This document shows positions 19,097 through 28,960 of a stretch of 58,855 bases of DNA, piece by piece (within the stretch, counting starts at the first letter, position 1; each line of letters opens with the position of its first letter). The stretch covers positions 1 to 58,855 of the forward strand of contig CAMZEU010000003.1 in assembly GCA_947305865.1 (NCBI GenBank), written 5' to 3'. This stretch comes from an uncultured Clostridia bacterium (lineage in GTDB: Bacteria; Bacillota; Clostridia; Christensenellales; CAG-917). The notes below the pieces were generated by a model, which saw only the letters and a list, made by a program, of their open reading frames with translations, was not told where the DNA came from and made no database searches. Made by a program: the position numbers and the translations under genes.

Positions 19097-20074
19097 TTAT
19101 TTGGAGATAATGTTTGCGATTGAATAAAGTTGATGATTGAATTCTTTATCTTCGCCATAGAGTGAATCTGCGATAGGTACATCGATAATCTTTCTACCAT
19201 CGATACCAACTGCTCTTCCGCCTTTGCCCTCATCAATAAGGTCTACAGCATGAATTGCAAAACGAGCAGCAAGAACTCTATCTAACATTGTTGGGCTACC
19301 ACCACGTTGTACATAACTTAAGTTAACAAAGTTAACTGTTCTTCCTGTAACTTCTCTTAATCTCTTCATTAAAGGTTCTTCGATTTCCTTGCATCCTTCT
19401 GCAACAACTACTAATGCTGATTGTCTGTGTCTTGATACGATAATGTTATTAACTTCATCTGCAAGTACGTTTACATCTGATGTTTCTTCTGGGCAAACGA
19501 TTGTTTGTGCACCACCTGCAAGTCCTGACCAAAGAGCGATATCTCCACAGTTACGTCCCATAACTTCTAAGACCATAATACGATCATGAGAAGCGATTGT
19601 ATCTCTTAATGAAAGTATTGCGCTTAAAACTGTATTACAAGCTGTATCAAAACCGATTGTATAATCTGTATAACCCATATCGTTGTCAATAGTTCCTGGA
19701 ATACCAACTGCGTTGAATCCAAATACATCATACATTCTTTGTACACCATGGAAAGAACCGTCTCCACCGATAACGATTAAGTTATTGATACCACGTTTCT
19801 TGAGGTTTTCAAGAGCTTTACCTGTTCCTTCTACGCAAGCGAATTCCTTGCTTCTTCCTGTACGAATAATTGTACCACCGAGTTGAACGATATTTGTTAC
19901 ACTGCTGTGATCCATTGGGAAGATGTCATCTTCTAAAAGACCAACGTAACCACGACCTACGCCATATACTTCATAACCTTTTGTTAATGCATATCTTACG
20001 CAAGCGCGAATACATGCATTCATTCCTGGTGCATCTCCACCGGATGTTAAGATAGCTAATTTCTTATCTGCCAT
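19097..20074 (-). CDS. pfkA: ATP-dependent 6-phosphofructokinase
   Basis: LTSGGDAPGMN, IGGDGS, PGTIDND and MGR motifs. ATG 20074 follows GGAGGA. Confidence 0.9.
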   Translation of the reverse strand: MADKKLAILTSGGDAPGMNACIRACVRYALTKGYEVYGVGRGYVGLLEDDIFPMDHSSVTNIVQLGGTIIRTGRSKEFACVEGTGKALENLKKRGINNLIVIGGDGSFHGVQRMYDVFGFNAVGIPGTIDNDMGYTDYTIGFDTACNTVLSAILSLRDTIASHDRIMVLEVMGRNCGDIALWSGLAGGAQTIVCPEETSDVNVLADEVNNIIVSRHRQSALVVVAEGCKEIEEPLMKRLREVTGRTVNFVNLSYVQRGGSPTMLDRVLAARFAIHAVDLIDEGKGGRAVGIDGRKIIDVPIADSLYGEDKEFNHQLYSIANIISK

Positions 20075-20137
20075 TTTGTTGTCCTCCAAATATGTCTAAT
20101 CTTACTTCGCGTATATATAATACGCTTAATCGCACGC

Positions 20138-20167
20138 ATTATAACATTTAGTTATAAATAAGGTCAA
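20138..20167 (-). promoter_or_regulatory. Sigma-70-type promoter with extended -10 for pfkA
   Basis: Minus strand TTGACC, 18 nt, TATAAT preceded by TGt. Confidence 0.5.
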
Positions 20168-20183
20168 GAATTATTAAAGACCT

Positions 20184-20216
20184 GATAAAAAAATATGCAC
20201 ACCCGAAGATGTGCAT
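20184..20216 (-). terminator. Intrinsic terminator after the 938-aa lipoprotein gene
   Basis: Minus-strand RNA AUGCACAUC-UUCG-GGUGUGCAU followed by AUUUUUUUAUC. Confidence 0.75.
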
Positions 20217-20244
20217 ACTTTGTATAAATTATTGTTTGTTATTA

Positions 20245-23061
20245 TTAGAAAGTTGCATTTGGAATTTCAGGAGTATCAACTTCGCTGAGTTCGAGTAAAG
20301 TGATTTCATATGTCAAATCATTATCTAAGCAATAAACGCATAATCCTGTTGTTTTTTCTAGTTCAACAACTTTGCCGTTAACATATGTATAACGATAGAC
20401 ATCATATTTAATGCCGCCTATATCTCTTGTATCTTCCTCAAATTCTGCTTCATCATATTCTAAATCGTGATAGGCAGCAAATGAACTAAGATTCATTGCA
20501 TCTGAAAGAGTATACCATTCAACATCTTCAATTAAATCCCACTGTCTTTCGTCATCATCATAATAATATGCATCTATTTGTGAATCATCTCTTGCATCAA
20601 ATACTGCTTCTAAAAAGCTTCCCGATGTTTTATAGATATTACCCTTTGCCCAATAGGAAACATATGTTGGTTCGTTGCTGCCATAAGTTGTTTTTAATGT
20701 CATACGAATGCCAGTTCCCCCAGAAAGGGTGACAATTTTATCCTCAAGATCATATGTACTACCAAAATCTTCATAAATTTTATGTTTTTGAGTTACAACT
20801 GTTGTTGGTTTTGTAGTATGGGATGGGGTATCATCTGAAACTTCAAAATAAATGAAGTAATCTCCCATACTTACTCGTAGTAAATCGAGATTGGTGTAGT
20901 ATCTTACATTGCGAGAAGATTCATCCTCATATAACGTTCCGTCACTAGCATACTCAGTAAATGTTGCACTTCCTGCGAAATATGTGCCACGAGTATCTGA
21001 ATTAAGTGTATCCCCAAGTGTGAATGTACCAAAATATACATAGGCATTATTTAAAACTTCGTCATAGTTGAATTCCTTATCTAGATAGAACTCTACTTCA
21101 TTATCTTCAAATACTGTGAACTTTGCTCCTACAGATGCTTGACGTGCAAGTGTCATTTCGTCATCAGACAATGAACCTGATATCATATTGTAGACCAATA
21201 CTTTGTTTTCAAGGAGTTCATATACTTCTGAATTGCTTGTTGCACCACCTGCTCCTACTTCTGGAAGTGTTACTGTTGTTGCATTGTGTGCAGAATAAAC
21301 AAATGTGTAAGTTTTATATTGGATTTTGTATTGAATTTGCTTTAACTTGCCATTTTCAAAATATGCTCTAAAGTTTTGGATTTCACGGTCTTGTGATTCG
21401 CCATACACTCTATATGTAAAACTGGAAACATAGTAATAATGACCTGTTCCATTATAAGATAATCTTGCAAAAGGAACTGGAACTATACCTGTCCATTGGT
21501 TAAAGTGTGCTAATTCATAAGAACCAGAAGCCATTCTCCAATTATCATTATCTTGATTGTATACATTGAATGCATAACAACCTAAGTTATCAGGTGTAGT
21601 ACCTGTTCTTTCATAATATTGAGACATCAAAGTCCAATCATCATGCATCTTTAACCCATCTATCTTAAATGTTCCTGGAACATCATATGAATCATCTGAA
21701 CTATATGCTATTGTGCAATGTGTTCCACCAAGAAGTAACCCATTATCTTTGAAGAAATAATCCCATGAAGATTGCTCTACTTGATATTGGGTGCTAAATG
21801 TATCACCATTTGGATCATTTGGAAGTTCCTCACGCATTGGTGATGTGCCACTATCTCTCATATGAATTGTTACATCTACTATTGCGCTATTTTCAATAGG
21901 AACTCTCATGTCTAGTCTAAATCCGTTTTCTTCACGAACAATAGAAAGAGATTGTAATGTTTGTGGGATTGTGTGATAGTACTCAGCATCTTCAAAATCA
22001 AATCCCTTGGATGTAGTCATAGCTACATATCTGTCATTGTCTTGAACTGTGTATGTTCCAAAAAGAACACCAAGACCACTTACGAGTTCAAAATCACCAC
22101 TCATAAATAAGCTTGCATGTGCATTTGTGAAATAGGAAGCAACTGTGTTGTTTGAGCAATCAACGGATGTTGCAACGAGTTTCTTGTTAGCAAATACACT
22201 ATCTACAGGAACTTCGCCAGAACCTTGTTGTCCGCCTTCGCCAGATCCTCCTTGTTGGCCACCCTCACCAGAGCCGCCTTGTTGTCCGCCTTCTCCGGAT
22301 CCACCTTGTTGACCACCTTCGCCAGAGCCACCTTGTTGTCCGCCACCACTTGGTGTGACTGCTTGACCATCTTGTGGTAATGTTGCTGTGTAACTGGTAT
22401 CGAATTGTGTACATTCGAATGTTACAGCACCAGAATCGCCTTGATATGAACCAGCTGCAGCCCACTTCAAGCAAATACCTGTTGCTTTATCAATACATAC
22501 CTCTGAAGATGCTGTTGCACCATATGCAGTTTGTGTGAATGTATACTTATCACAAGAACGTCCTGCAACAGTTGCAGTAGTCTTTACGCCTTCATAACTT
22601 GTTAAGTATTGATACATTCCAAAGTAACCATATACCATAGCACTATATGATGTAACTAAACTCTCTTTTGTAACTTGTTCAGAATAGTTTGTTCTAACCT
22701 TTCTCCAAGTTCCATTATATGGAGTATATACATCATAATATTGGTCACTTGTTAAATCTAAATAAACTTCATCGCCATAACTAAGAACGTAATAAACTTG
22801 TCCATGTACACCTAATGCAATGTCATATGTATCTGTTTGACCATTGTTTGTTGATGAAATGTGTAACTTAACAAATAAACCATTTGCATTTGCAAGTTCA
22901 GTTACCTTGCTTGCAATTTGTTGATAATTGTAATCTGCGGTTATGTTTGAACCACCACTTGTGTCGGCATCGTCATCTTTCTTACCACATGCTACAAATA
23001 TCATTGTTAACACAAGAATAAGAGCAACTACGATAGCCAAAAGACTTAACTTTCTCTTCAT
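20245..23061 (-). CDS. Large lipoprotein (938 aa) of unknown function with a Gly/Gln/Ser/Glu repeat linker
   Basis: Signal/lipobox MKRKLSLLAIVVALILVLTMIFVAC|GKKDD. RBS AAGGAGAA. Five GGQQGGSGE repeats after a roughly 210-aa N-terminal domain. Confidence 0.8.
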   Translation of the reverse strand: MKRKLSLLAIVVALILVLTMIFVACGKKDDDADTSGGSNITADYNYQQIASKVTELANANGLFVKLHISSTNNGQTDTYDIALGVHGQVYYVLSYGDEVYLDLTSDQYYDVYTPYNGTWRKVRTNYSEQVTKESLVTSYSAMVYGYFGMYQYLTSYEGVKTTATVAGRSCDKYTFTQTAYGATASSEVCIDKATGICLKWAAAGSYQGDSGAVTFECTQFDTSYTATLPQDGQAVTPSGGGQQGGSGEGGQQGGSGEGGQQGGSGEGGQQGGSGEGGQQGSGEVPVDSVFANKKLVATSVDCSNNTVASYFTNAHASLFMSGDFELVSGLGVLFGTYTVQDNDRYVAMTTSKGFDFEDAEYYHTIPQTLQSLSIVREENGFRLDMRVPIENSAIVDVTIHMRDSGTSPMREELPNDPNGDTFSTQYQVEQSSWDYFFKDNGLLLGGTHCTIAYSSDDSYDVPGTFKIDGLKMHDDWTLMSQYYERTGTTPDNLGCYAFNVYNQDNDNWRMASGSYELAHFNQWTGIVPVPFARLSYNGTGHYYYVSSFTYRVYGESQDREIQNFRAYFENGKLKQIQYKIQYKTYTFVYSAHNATTVTLPEVGAGGATSNSEVYELLENKVLVYNMISGSLSDDEMTLARQASVGAKFTVFEDNEVEFYLDKEFNYDEVLNNAYVYFGTFTLGDTLNSDTRGTYFAGSATFTEYASDGTLYEDESSRNVRYYTNLDLLRVSMGDYFIYFEVSDDTPSHTTKPTTVVTQKHKIYEDFGSTYDLEDKIVTLSGGTGIRMTLKTTYGSNEPTYVSYWAKGNIYKTSGSFLEAVFDARDDSQIDAYYYDDDERQWDLIEDVEWYTLSDAMNLSSFAAYHDLEYDEAEFEEDTRDIGGIKYDVYRYTYVNGKVVELEKTTGLCVYCLDNDLTYEITLLELSEVDTPEIPNATF
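22213..22344 (-). repeat. In-frame tandem repeat, 5 units of 27 nt (first unit 24 nt) encoding (E)GGQQGGSG
   Basis: Units at 22213-22236, 22237-22263, 22264-22290, 22291-22317 and 22318-22344. The peptide is conserved while third codon positions differ between units. Confidence 0.9.
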
Positions 23062-23077
23062 AATCGGTTTTCTCCTT

Positions 23078-23839
23078 TTAATCCTTTTCGTCAGTTTCTT
23101 CTATATCTTCAGCTTCTACTTCTTCAGCTGGTTCGATATCTTCTTTTGTTTCTTCCTCTTCTACTGGAACTTCTTCTTCAGATTCTGCAGGTGCTTCCTC
23201 TACTTTTGCTTCTGCTGGTTGATCCTTTGTGAATAAAAGAATATACCCAAACAAAATAGCAGGCAACAATAAGATTTGACCAAGTGTTTCAACTATCCAG
23301 TACCAAGGTACTGTATAATATTGATAATGACTGTTATAGTATCCGTAAACTCCAAATTCTAGGAATCTTGCAAGAAGTGTAAAGAATATAAATCCAGCAA
23401 CTCCAGCAATACTTACTATATCTAAAATCTTGTTGTCCTCAAGTTTTTCGATGAATGCTCTAAGAATAACTATTGCGAATACTGCTAAACCACTAATTGT
23501 TGCAAGAAAATCAAATGCGAACATGGATTCAGCAATCGCACCACCATCATATGAGACACCGCTCAAAAGACTATAAACGAGTCTAATTGCCAAGTATGCA
23601 AACAAAATACAGCCAAGCAATCTAGATACTTTTGCATTGCCTTTTATCATTGCAAAGATTAAAGCTGCTGCTAAAGCACCAAAGCAAATTATAAAGAATA
23701 ATCCGCCAAAAACTGTATCTGTTGCACCTGCAGCCATTCTTCCAATTGCATACAATAAGTACATTAAAACATATGCACCAATCGAACCTATTACCACCCA
23801 TTTGGCAGGTTTACGTAATACTGAAATAATTTTGTTCAT
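23078..23839 (-). CDS. Polytopic membrane protein with a highly acidic Glu/Pro-rich C-terminal tail
   Basis: Start at MNKIISVLRKP after AAGGAAAGG. About 6 hydrophobic helices. Tail is PAEAKVEEAPAESEEEVPVEEEETKEDIEPAEEVEAEDIEETDEKD. Confidence 0.65.
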   Translation of the reverse strand: MNKIISVLRKPAKWVVIGSIGAYVLMYLLYAIGRMAAGATDTVFGGLFFIICFGALAAALIFAMIKGNAKVSRLLGCILFAYLAIRLVYSLLSGVSYDGGAIAESMFAFDFLATISGLAVFAIVILRAFIEKLEDNKILDIVSIAGVAGFIFFTLLARFLEFGVYGYYNSHYQYYTVPWYWIVETLGQILLLPAILFGYILLFTKDQPAEAKVEEAPAESEEEVPVEEEETKEDIEPAEEVEAEDIEETDEKD

Positions 23840-23930
23840 AATCCTTTCCTTAAAAAAATAGTATAATTGACAACTATGTTGCCACATCTAAATCTTAATA
23901 TAAAATAATTATATTATTCAATAGATATAG

Positions 23931-23950
23931 AGGGTGATTATAGGGTGATT
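23931..23950. promoter_or_regulatory. Tandem direct repeat AGGGTGATT-AT-AGGGTGATT (11-bp period), candidate operator
   Basis: Exact 9-mer at 23931-23939 and 23942-23950. On the minus strand the junction reads CACCCTATAATCACCC, which creates a TATAAT hexamer. Confidence 0.4.
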
Positions 23951-23983
23951 TTTTATATTTTCTACTAAAATTTAAAAAAATTC

Positions 23984-25360
23984 TTAAATTGTGTTCTTTA
24001 ATTTTGCAACCAATTCCTCACGTGAAGAAACTTGCATCTTTTTGTAAATTGCAGAACGATGTGTCTTTGCCGTGTTCTCACTAATACATAATTTATTCGC
24101 TATTTCAATGAGTTTACAGCCTTCTAACAACAATTCACAAATCTCAATTTCTTTCTCTGTTAAGCCGACACTTGCATAAGCTTGTTCTTTTGTAATGGAT
24201 GTATCAAAATGCATATACTCTTCTTGTGTTGTTGTAGTAGAAATAGCCTTATTCCAGGACATGGATGTTGCAAGTACTAGAACATTTCCTATTATTGCAA
24301 AGATAAGCATTATTCTTAAAACCAAATCGTTAGCATAGAAAAATACCATCGTTGAAATAACAACTATTCCTATACCAGCTAAATTGGATACAATTGGGCC
24401 AACTCTAAACATATGAGAATCCCTATATTTCTTAATAATATTACATAGAATGTAATAAAGATTCATCATACACATATTAAATGTAGCACCAGCAAAGAAA
24501 CCTGCTGCATATCCAACATTCTTAATATCTAATACAAAACAGAATATCGCAACAATTGCAAATGAGAAACTAGTAACCAATGAAACTGTTGCTGGTCTTG
24601 GTGAGAATCTATAAATAAGGAAGTATATAATTGCTCCAGCTGCTGCACCAGCATAGAAGAATAATCTTGCATAGGTTAAAACTGGTGAAAGTTTAGCAAT
24701 AACAACCATAGAACTACATACTGCAAATAACCCACCGATACAAGCTAATATTAAAGGAAAATATAATTTCTTTTGGAAAACCTCTGGAATACTAATCTTC
24801 CACTCTGTATCCTTCTTCTCAAAGAAACATACAACAGATGCGACAATTGCCAATGCAAATATTAACCACCAAAACTCCGCTGTTGTTCTATTGAAGTAAA
24901 TACTAAATATTGAAATGCCTGCAACTAATAAATGACAAGACACAATTCCGAATAATCTTTCAGAGTTGTTCATGTCATAAATATATGTAAGTAACGAACA
25001 GTCTGCTAATTGCCCTAGCAATATAGATAAGAAAACCAAATATATAATATTTGATCTCGCCTCTTGGAATATTGCGCCAAACATTATCATAACTACCGCA
25101 AGAATAGTCATTATACGTTTTGGCAATACTAAGCTGTGTCTTTTTAATATAAAGAAACCAACTATAATACTTCCTAGAAGCGCTATGTGTTGGTATAAAG
25201 TCATCATGGAAAACTCAAAACTTAGTATTCCATCTTCATAAACAAAATATTTGGTAGCAACCATAAAGGTGTATGCATAGAATACCATCCAATAGACAAC
25301 GTTTGCCCATCTGTTTTTTCTAACATTAGCTATAACACCTGCTTTTTGATTTGCTACCAT
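23984..25360 (-). CDS. Membrane-embedded LuxR/GerE-type transcriptional regulator (about 12 TM helices plus C-terminal HTH)
   Basis: C-terminal LTEKEIEICELLLEGCKLIEIANKLCISENTAKTHRSAIYKKMQVSSREELV. About 12 hydrophobic segments precede it. The start is 4 nt after the dnaE stop. Confidence 0.75.
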   Translation of the reverse strand: MVANQKAGVIANVRKNRWANVVYWMVFYAYTFMVATKYFVYEDGILSFEFSMMTLYQHIALLGSIIVGFFILKRHSLVLPKRIMTILAVVMIMFGAIFQEARSNIIYLVFLSILLGQLADCSLLTYIYDMNNSERLFGIVSCHLLVAGISIFSIYFNRTTAEFWWLIFALAIVASVVCFFEKKDTEWKISIPEVFQKKLYFPLILACIGGLFAVCSSMVVIAKLSPVLTYARLFFYAGAAAGAIIYFLIYRFSPRPATVSLVTSFSFAIVAIFCFVLDIKNVGYAAGFFAGATFNMCMMNLYYILCNIIKKYRDSHMFRVGPIVSNLAGIGIVVISTMVFFYANDLVLRIMLIFAIIGNVLVLATSMSWNKAISTTTTQEEYMHFDTSITKEQAYASVGLTEKEIEICELLLEGCKLIEIANKLCISENTAKTHRSAIYKKMQVSSREELVAKLKNTI

Positions 25361-25364
25361 AATT

Positions 25365-28300
25365 TTATAAGACCTTTACTTTTACGTTATTCTTGCCTAC
25401 AACATTTGCTATTTGTTCTACAATCTCGTCGCAAACTCTTATGCCTTTTTTAAATGCCATAATTCTTTTTGTTTCAGGAGTGGTTCCCATTTGTATTTTT
25501 AAGATGTCATCTCCTGGATAAGATGCTGCAATAGCTCTAATTAAGTCCAACTCTTCTTTACCTTCTATTAATGCATATAATACTTTTTGTGGTTCCTCAG
25601 ATTGTGGATCTGGTTCTACTCCTCCCTTGTTCCACAATGTCATATCATCTACTATTAATTTTGGTTCTGAACCAGATAAATCTATCTTACCTACAACAAT
25701 AATTGGTCTTTCTGCCATAAGAACTGGCAATAATTGCTCGTAGAGTTTATAGAAGATTGTGAATTGAATTGTTCCACCCTTATCTTCTAACTCTCCAACA
25801 GCAAATACTTGGTTATTCTTATTCTTTTTCTTTTCCCACGAAGAGACTATACAACCAAATCTAACTTGTTTCTTATCCCAAGATATATCTGCTTCAATAC
25901 CTGGAGCATTTTCTTCTACATCTGAAAGATCCTCGTGCGTCTCCTCTCCTTCTGCGTTTGTTTCTACATTTTTTTCTATTTCAAGACGAGATAAATCAAA
26001 CTTAAAGATAGATGTGTTGTAATCATCTAGTGGATGCCCAGAAACATACATTCCTAAGTTGTTCTTTTCTTCGGCAAGCAATTGCTCTTTCTTAAACTCT
26101 TTTATTTCAATATAAGAAACAGGTTGCTCTTCAATTCCAAAGTTATCAAAGATTGAGAATTGACCTTGTTCTGAACTCTCTATCTCTTTTGCGGCAAGAT
26201 CCCAAATAGATTTATATGATGCCATTAGTGTTGCTCTGTTCTTTCCAAAGCAATCAAATGCACCACCATAAATCATAGACTCAACCATACGAGAATTTAA
26301 GTGCTTACCACATCTCTTGAAGAAGTCTCTTATGTCTTTATATGGTCCATTAACTCTTTCAGCAAGTACTGCTTCAATTGCAGATTCACCAACATTCTTA
26401 ATGCCCATCAAACCGAAACGAACATCATTTCCATCTATTGAGAAGTTCTTCTTAGACTTGTTAATATCTGGCTTCAAGATGTTAATTCCAATCTTTCTCA
26501 TGTAGTTAATATAGTGGGATTGTTCCTTTGCATCTCCTATTCTATTGTTGATGATCGCCGTAAGGAAATGTATCGGATAATAGCACTTTAAGTATGCAGT
26601 TTGATATGTTAAAACTGCGTATGCGGTAGCATGAGACTTATTGAAGCAATACTCAGCGAACTTAGCCAACTGCTCAAATAGGGTGTCTACAACCTCTGCT
26701 GGAACGCCATTTGCAATAGCACCAATAACAGGTGTATGCGAGCTGTCTCCTTCTACATAACCACCATTTGCAAAGACAGTTTTATTCCTTGCAATAACTT
26801 CTGGTTTCTTCTTTGAAATAGCACGTCTAAGAATATCTGCACCACCATAACTATATCCAGCAAGCTCTCTAGCTATTTGCATAATCTGTTCTTGGTATAC
26901 CATACATCCATATGTAACTTCCAAGATTGGCTTAAGTTTTGGATGTAGATAAGTTACATTTTCTGGGTTTTTCTTACCAGCTATGAACTGATTCATAAAT
27001 TGCATTGGACCTGGTCTATAAATAGAAATACCAGCTATAACGTCTTCAAGAGTGGTTGGTTTGAGCTTAGCCATGAAGTCGCACATACCGCCAGATTCTA
27101 ATTGGAATACTGCTACGCAATCTCCAGATGCAATAAGTTCATATACCTTTGGATCGTCATAAATATCCTTTTCAAAATTTACATCAACACCCTTATCTTC
27201 AAGAATATATTTTTGTGCTTCTTTAATATCCGTTAATGTTTTTAATCCAAGGAAGTCCATTTTTAACATACCAAGAGGTTCAACTTGAGTCTTATCAAAT
27301 TGTGTAACAATAAACTCTTTATTTCTAGATAATGGGACATAATCTGTAACTGGTTGAGAACAAATAACAACACCAGCCGCATGCATACCAGTTTGTCTTG
27401 GCAATCCTTCTATCTTCATTGCCTTATCAACAATTCGTTTTGCCTCTGGATCTGTGTCATATAATTTCTTAAATTCTGGTGAGAAACAATCGTTCTTTTC
27501 ATCCAAACAACCTTTTAATGTTGCACCAGGATCTTTTGAAATAGTTTTAGCCCAGTTATTAGATTTCTCATAAGAGATGTTATATATTCTTGCAATATCT
27601 TTAACGGCTTGTTTTGCCTTCATTGTACCATAAGCAATAATTTGGCTAACTCTATCTCTTCCGTATTTCTTTGTAACATAGTCTATAACTTCTCCTCTTC
27701 TTACGTAACAGAAGTCTACATCAAAGTCTGGCATAGATACTCTTTCTTTTGCCAAGAATCTTTGGAAGAGTAGATTGAACCTTAAAGGTTCAACATCTGT
27801 AATACCAATAGCATAAGCAACAATAGAACCTACACCAGAACCTCTTCCAGGACCAACTGGTATTCCCATCTTCTTTGCCGCATTAATGTAGTCCCAAACA
27901 ATTAAGAAGTATGTTGCATAACCCATGCTAATAATAACTTCTAATTCTTCTTTTGCTCTCTTCTTAATTTCAGGAGTTATAACATCATATCTTCTTACTA
28001 ATCCCTCCCAACAAAGGTCTTTTAAATATTGCTCGGGAGTTCTGTCTCCCATCTCCTCACTTGAATATGGAGGTATTAGGTTTTCCTTTGCTTTGAGTTG
28101 GAATTCAAATGTACATTTATCTGCAATCTCTACCGTAGAAGCTAAAGCTTCTGGACACCAGCCAAACAATTCTTCCATCTCTTCTGCTGTCTTAAGATAG
28201 AATTCTTGCTCAGTAAAACGGATAGGATTTTGTTCGTCTTTTCTAATGCCCAATTGGATGCACATCATGTCATCTTGTACATCTGCATCTTCTTTTTCAA

Positions 28301-28949
28301 TATAGTGCACATCGTTTGTTGCAACAACTTTTACACCAATCTCCTTAGCAATACGAATTAAATCGTTTCTAACTTTTCTTTCTTCATCTATACCATGATC
28401 TTGAAGTTCTATATAGAAATCTCCAGGTTCAAACATATCTCTAAGCTTTATTGCATAATCTTTTGCTTCTTGGAATTTATTATCTAAGATTAATTGTGGA
28501 ATCTTTCCTGCAATACAAGCAGACAAACATATCAAGCCTTTGCTGTGCTTTGCAAGAATGTCCATATCTATTCTTGGTTTATCATAGAACCCATCTATAA
28601 ATGAGGCTGAACTTAGTTTTACTAAGTTATGGTATCCTTCATCATTCTTCGCAAGTAATATTAAATGCCAACGTTGATATCTTATATCTGCTGACTTTTG
28701 ATACATATCATCACAGGTATAAAACTCTTCACCAATAATTGGTTTAATTCCAGTACCTTTTAGGGAATCTACAAAAGCATAAACACCATACATATTGCCA
28801 TGATCTGTAATGGCAACTGCTTTCATGTTTCTGGCCTTAAGTGCTTCTGCTAAAGGATGAATATCATGCTTTGCTCCAGTGGTTAATCTAACGCATCCGT
28901 CTAGTAATGAATATTCAGTGTGTAAATGTAAATGAACAAAATCTCCCAT
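25365..28949 (-). CDS. dnaE: DNA polymerase III alpha subunit
   Basis: PHP N-terminus FVHLHLHTEYSLLDG, catalytic PDFDVDF motif, 1194 aa. RBS GAGGAAGAG. Confidence 0.92.
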   Translation of the reverse strand: MGDFVHLHLHTEYSLLDGCVRLTTGAKHDIHPLAEALKARNMKAVAITDHGNMYGVYAFVDSLKGTGIKPIIGEEFYTCDDMYQKSADIRYQRWHLILLAKNDEGYHNLVKLSSASFIDGFYDKPRIDMDILAKHSKGLICLSACIAGKIPQLILDNKFQEAKDYAIKLRDMFEPGDFYIELQDHGIDEERKVRNDLIRIAKEIGVKVVATNDVHYIEKEDADVQDDMMCIQLGIRKDEQNPIRFTEQEFYLKTAEEMEELFGWCPEALASTVEIADKCTFEFQLKAKENLIPPYSSEEMGDRTPEQYLKDLCWEGLVRRYDVITPEIKKRAKEELEVIISMGYATYFLIVWDYINAAKKMGIPVGPGRGSGVGSIVAYAIGITDVEPLRFNLLFQRFLAKERVSMPDFDVDFCYVRRGEVIDYVTKKYGRDRVSQIIAYGTMKAKQAVKDIARIYNISYEKSNNWAKTISKDPGATLKGCLDEKNDCFSPEFKKLYDTDPEAKRIVDKAMKIEGLPRQTGMHAAGVVICSQPVTDYVPLSRNKEFIVTQFDKTQVEPLGMLKMDFLGLKTLTDIKEAQKYILEDKGVDVNFEKDIYDDPKVYELIASGDCVAVFQLESGGMCDFMAKLKPTTLEDVIAGISIYRPGPMQFMNQFIAGKKNPENVTYLHPKLKPILEVTYGCMVYQEQIMQIARELAGYSYGGADILRRAISKKKPEVIARNKTVFANGGYVEGDSSHTPVIGAIANGVPAEVVDTLFEQLAKFAEYCFNKSHATAYAVLTYQTAYLKCYYPIHFLTAIINNRIGDAKEQSHYINYMRKIGINILKPDINKSKKNFSIDGNDVRFGLMGIKNVGESAIEAVLAERVNGPYKDIRDFFKRCGKHLNSRMVESMIYGGAFDCFGKNRATLMASYKSIWDLAAKEIESSEQGQFSIFDNFGIEEQPVSYIEIKEFKKEQLLAEEKNNLGMYVSGHPLDDYNTSIFKFDLSRLEIEKNVETNAEGEETHEDLSDVEENAPGIEADISWDKKQVRFGCIVSSWEKKKNKNNQVFAVGELEDKGGTIQFTIFYKLYEQLLPVLMAERPIIVVGKIDLSGSEPKLIVDDMTLWNKGGVEPDPQSEEPQKVLYALIEGKEELDLIRAIAASYPGDDILKIQMGTTPETKRIMAFKKGIRVCDEIVEQIANVVGKNNVKVKVL

Positions 28950-28960
28950 AATCTCTTCCT

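Noticed and set aside
19033-19236. 67-aa ORF overlapping the 3' end of pfkA and its terminator.
   Set aside because: It overlaps pfkA in another frame and spans the terminator hairpin. It has no RBS or recognizable motif.
22265-22474. 69-aa ORF with a striking Trp/Arg-rich repeat (WWRTTRWLWRRWSTRWIRRRRTTRRLW).
   Set aside because: It is the same strand but an alternative frame of the GGQQGGSGE tandem repeat in the lipoprotein gene. The periodicity is a by-product of that repeat.
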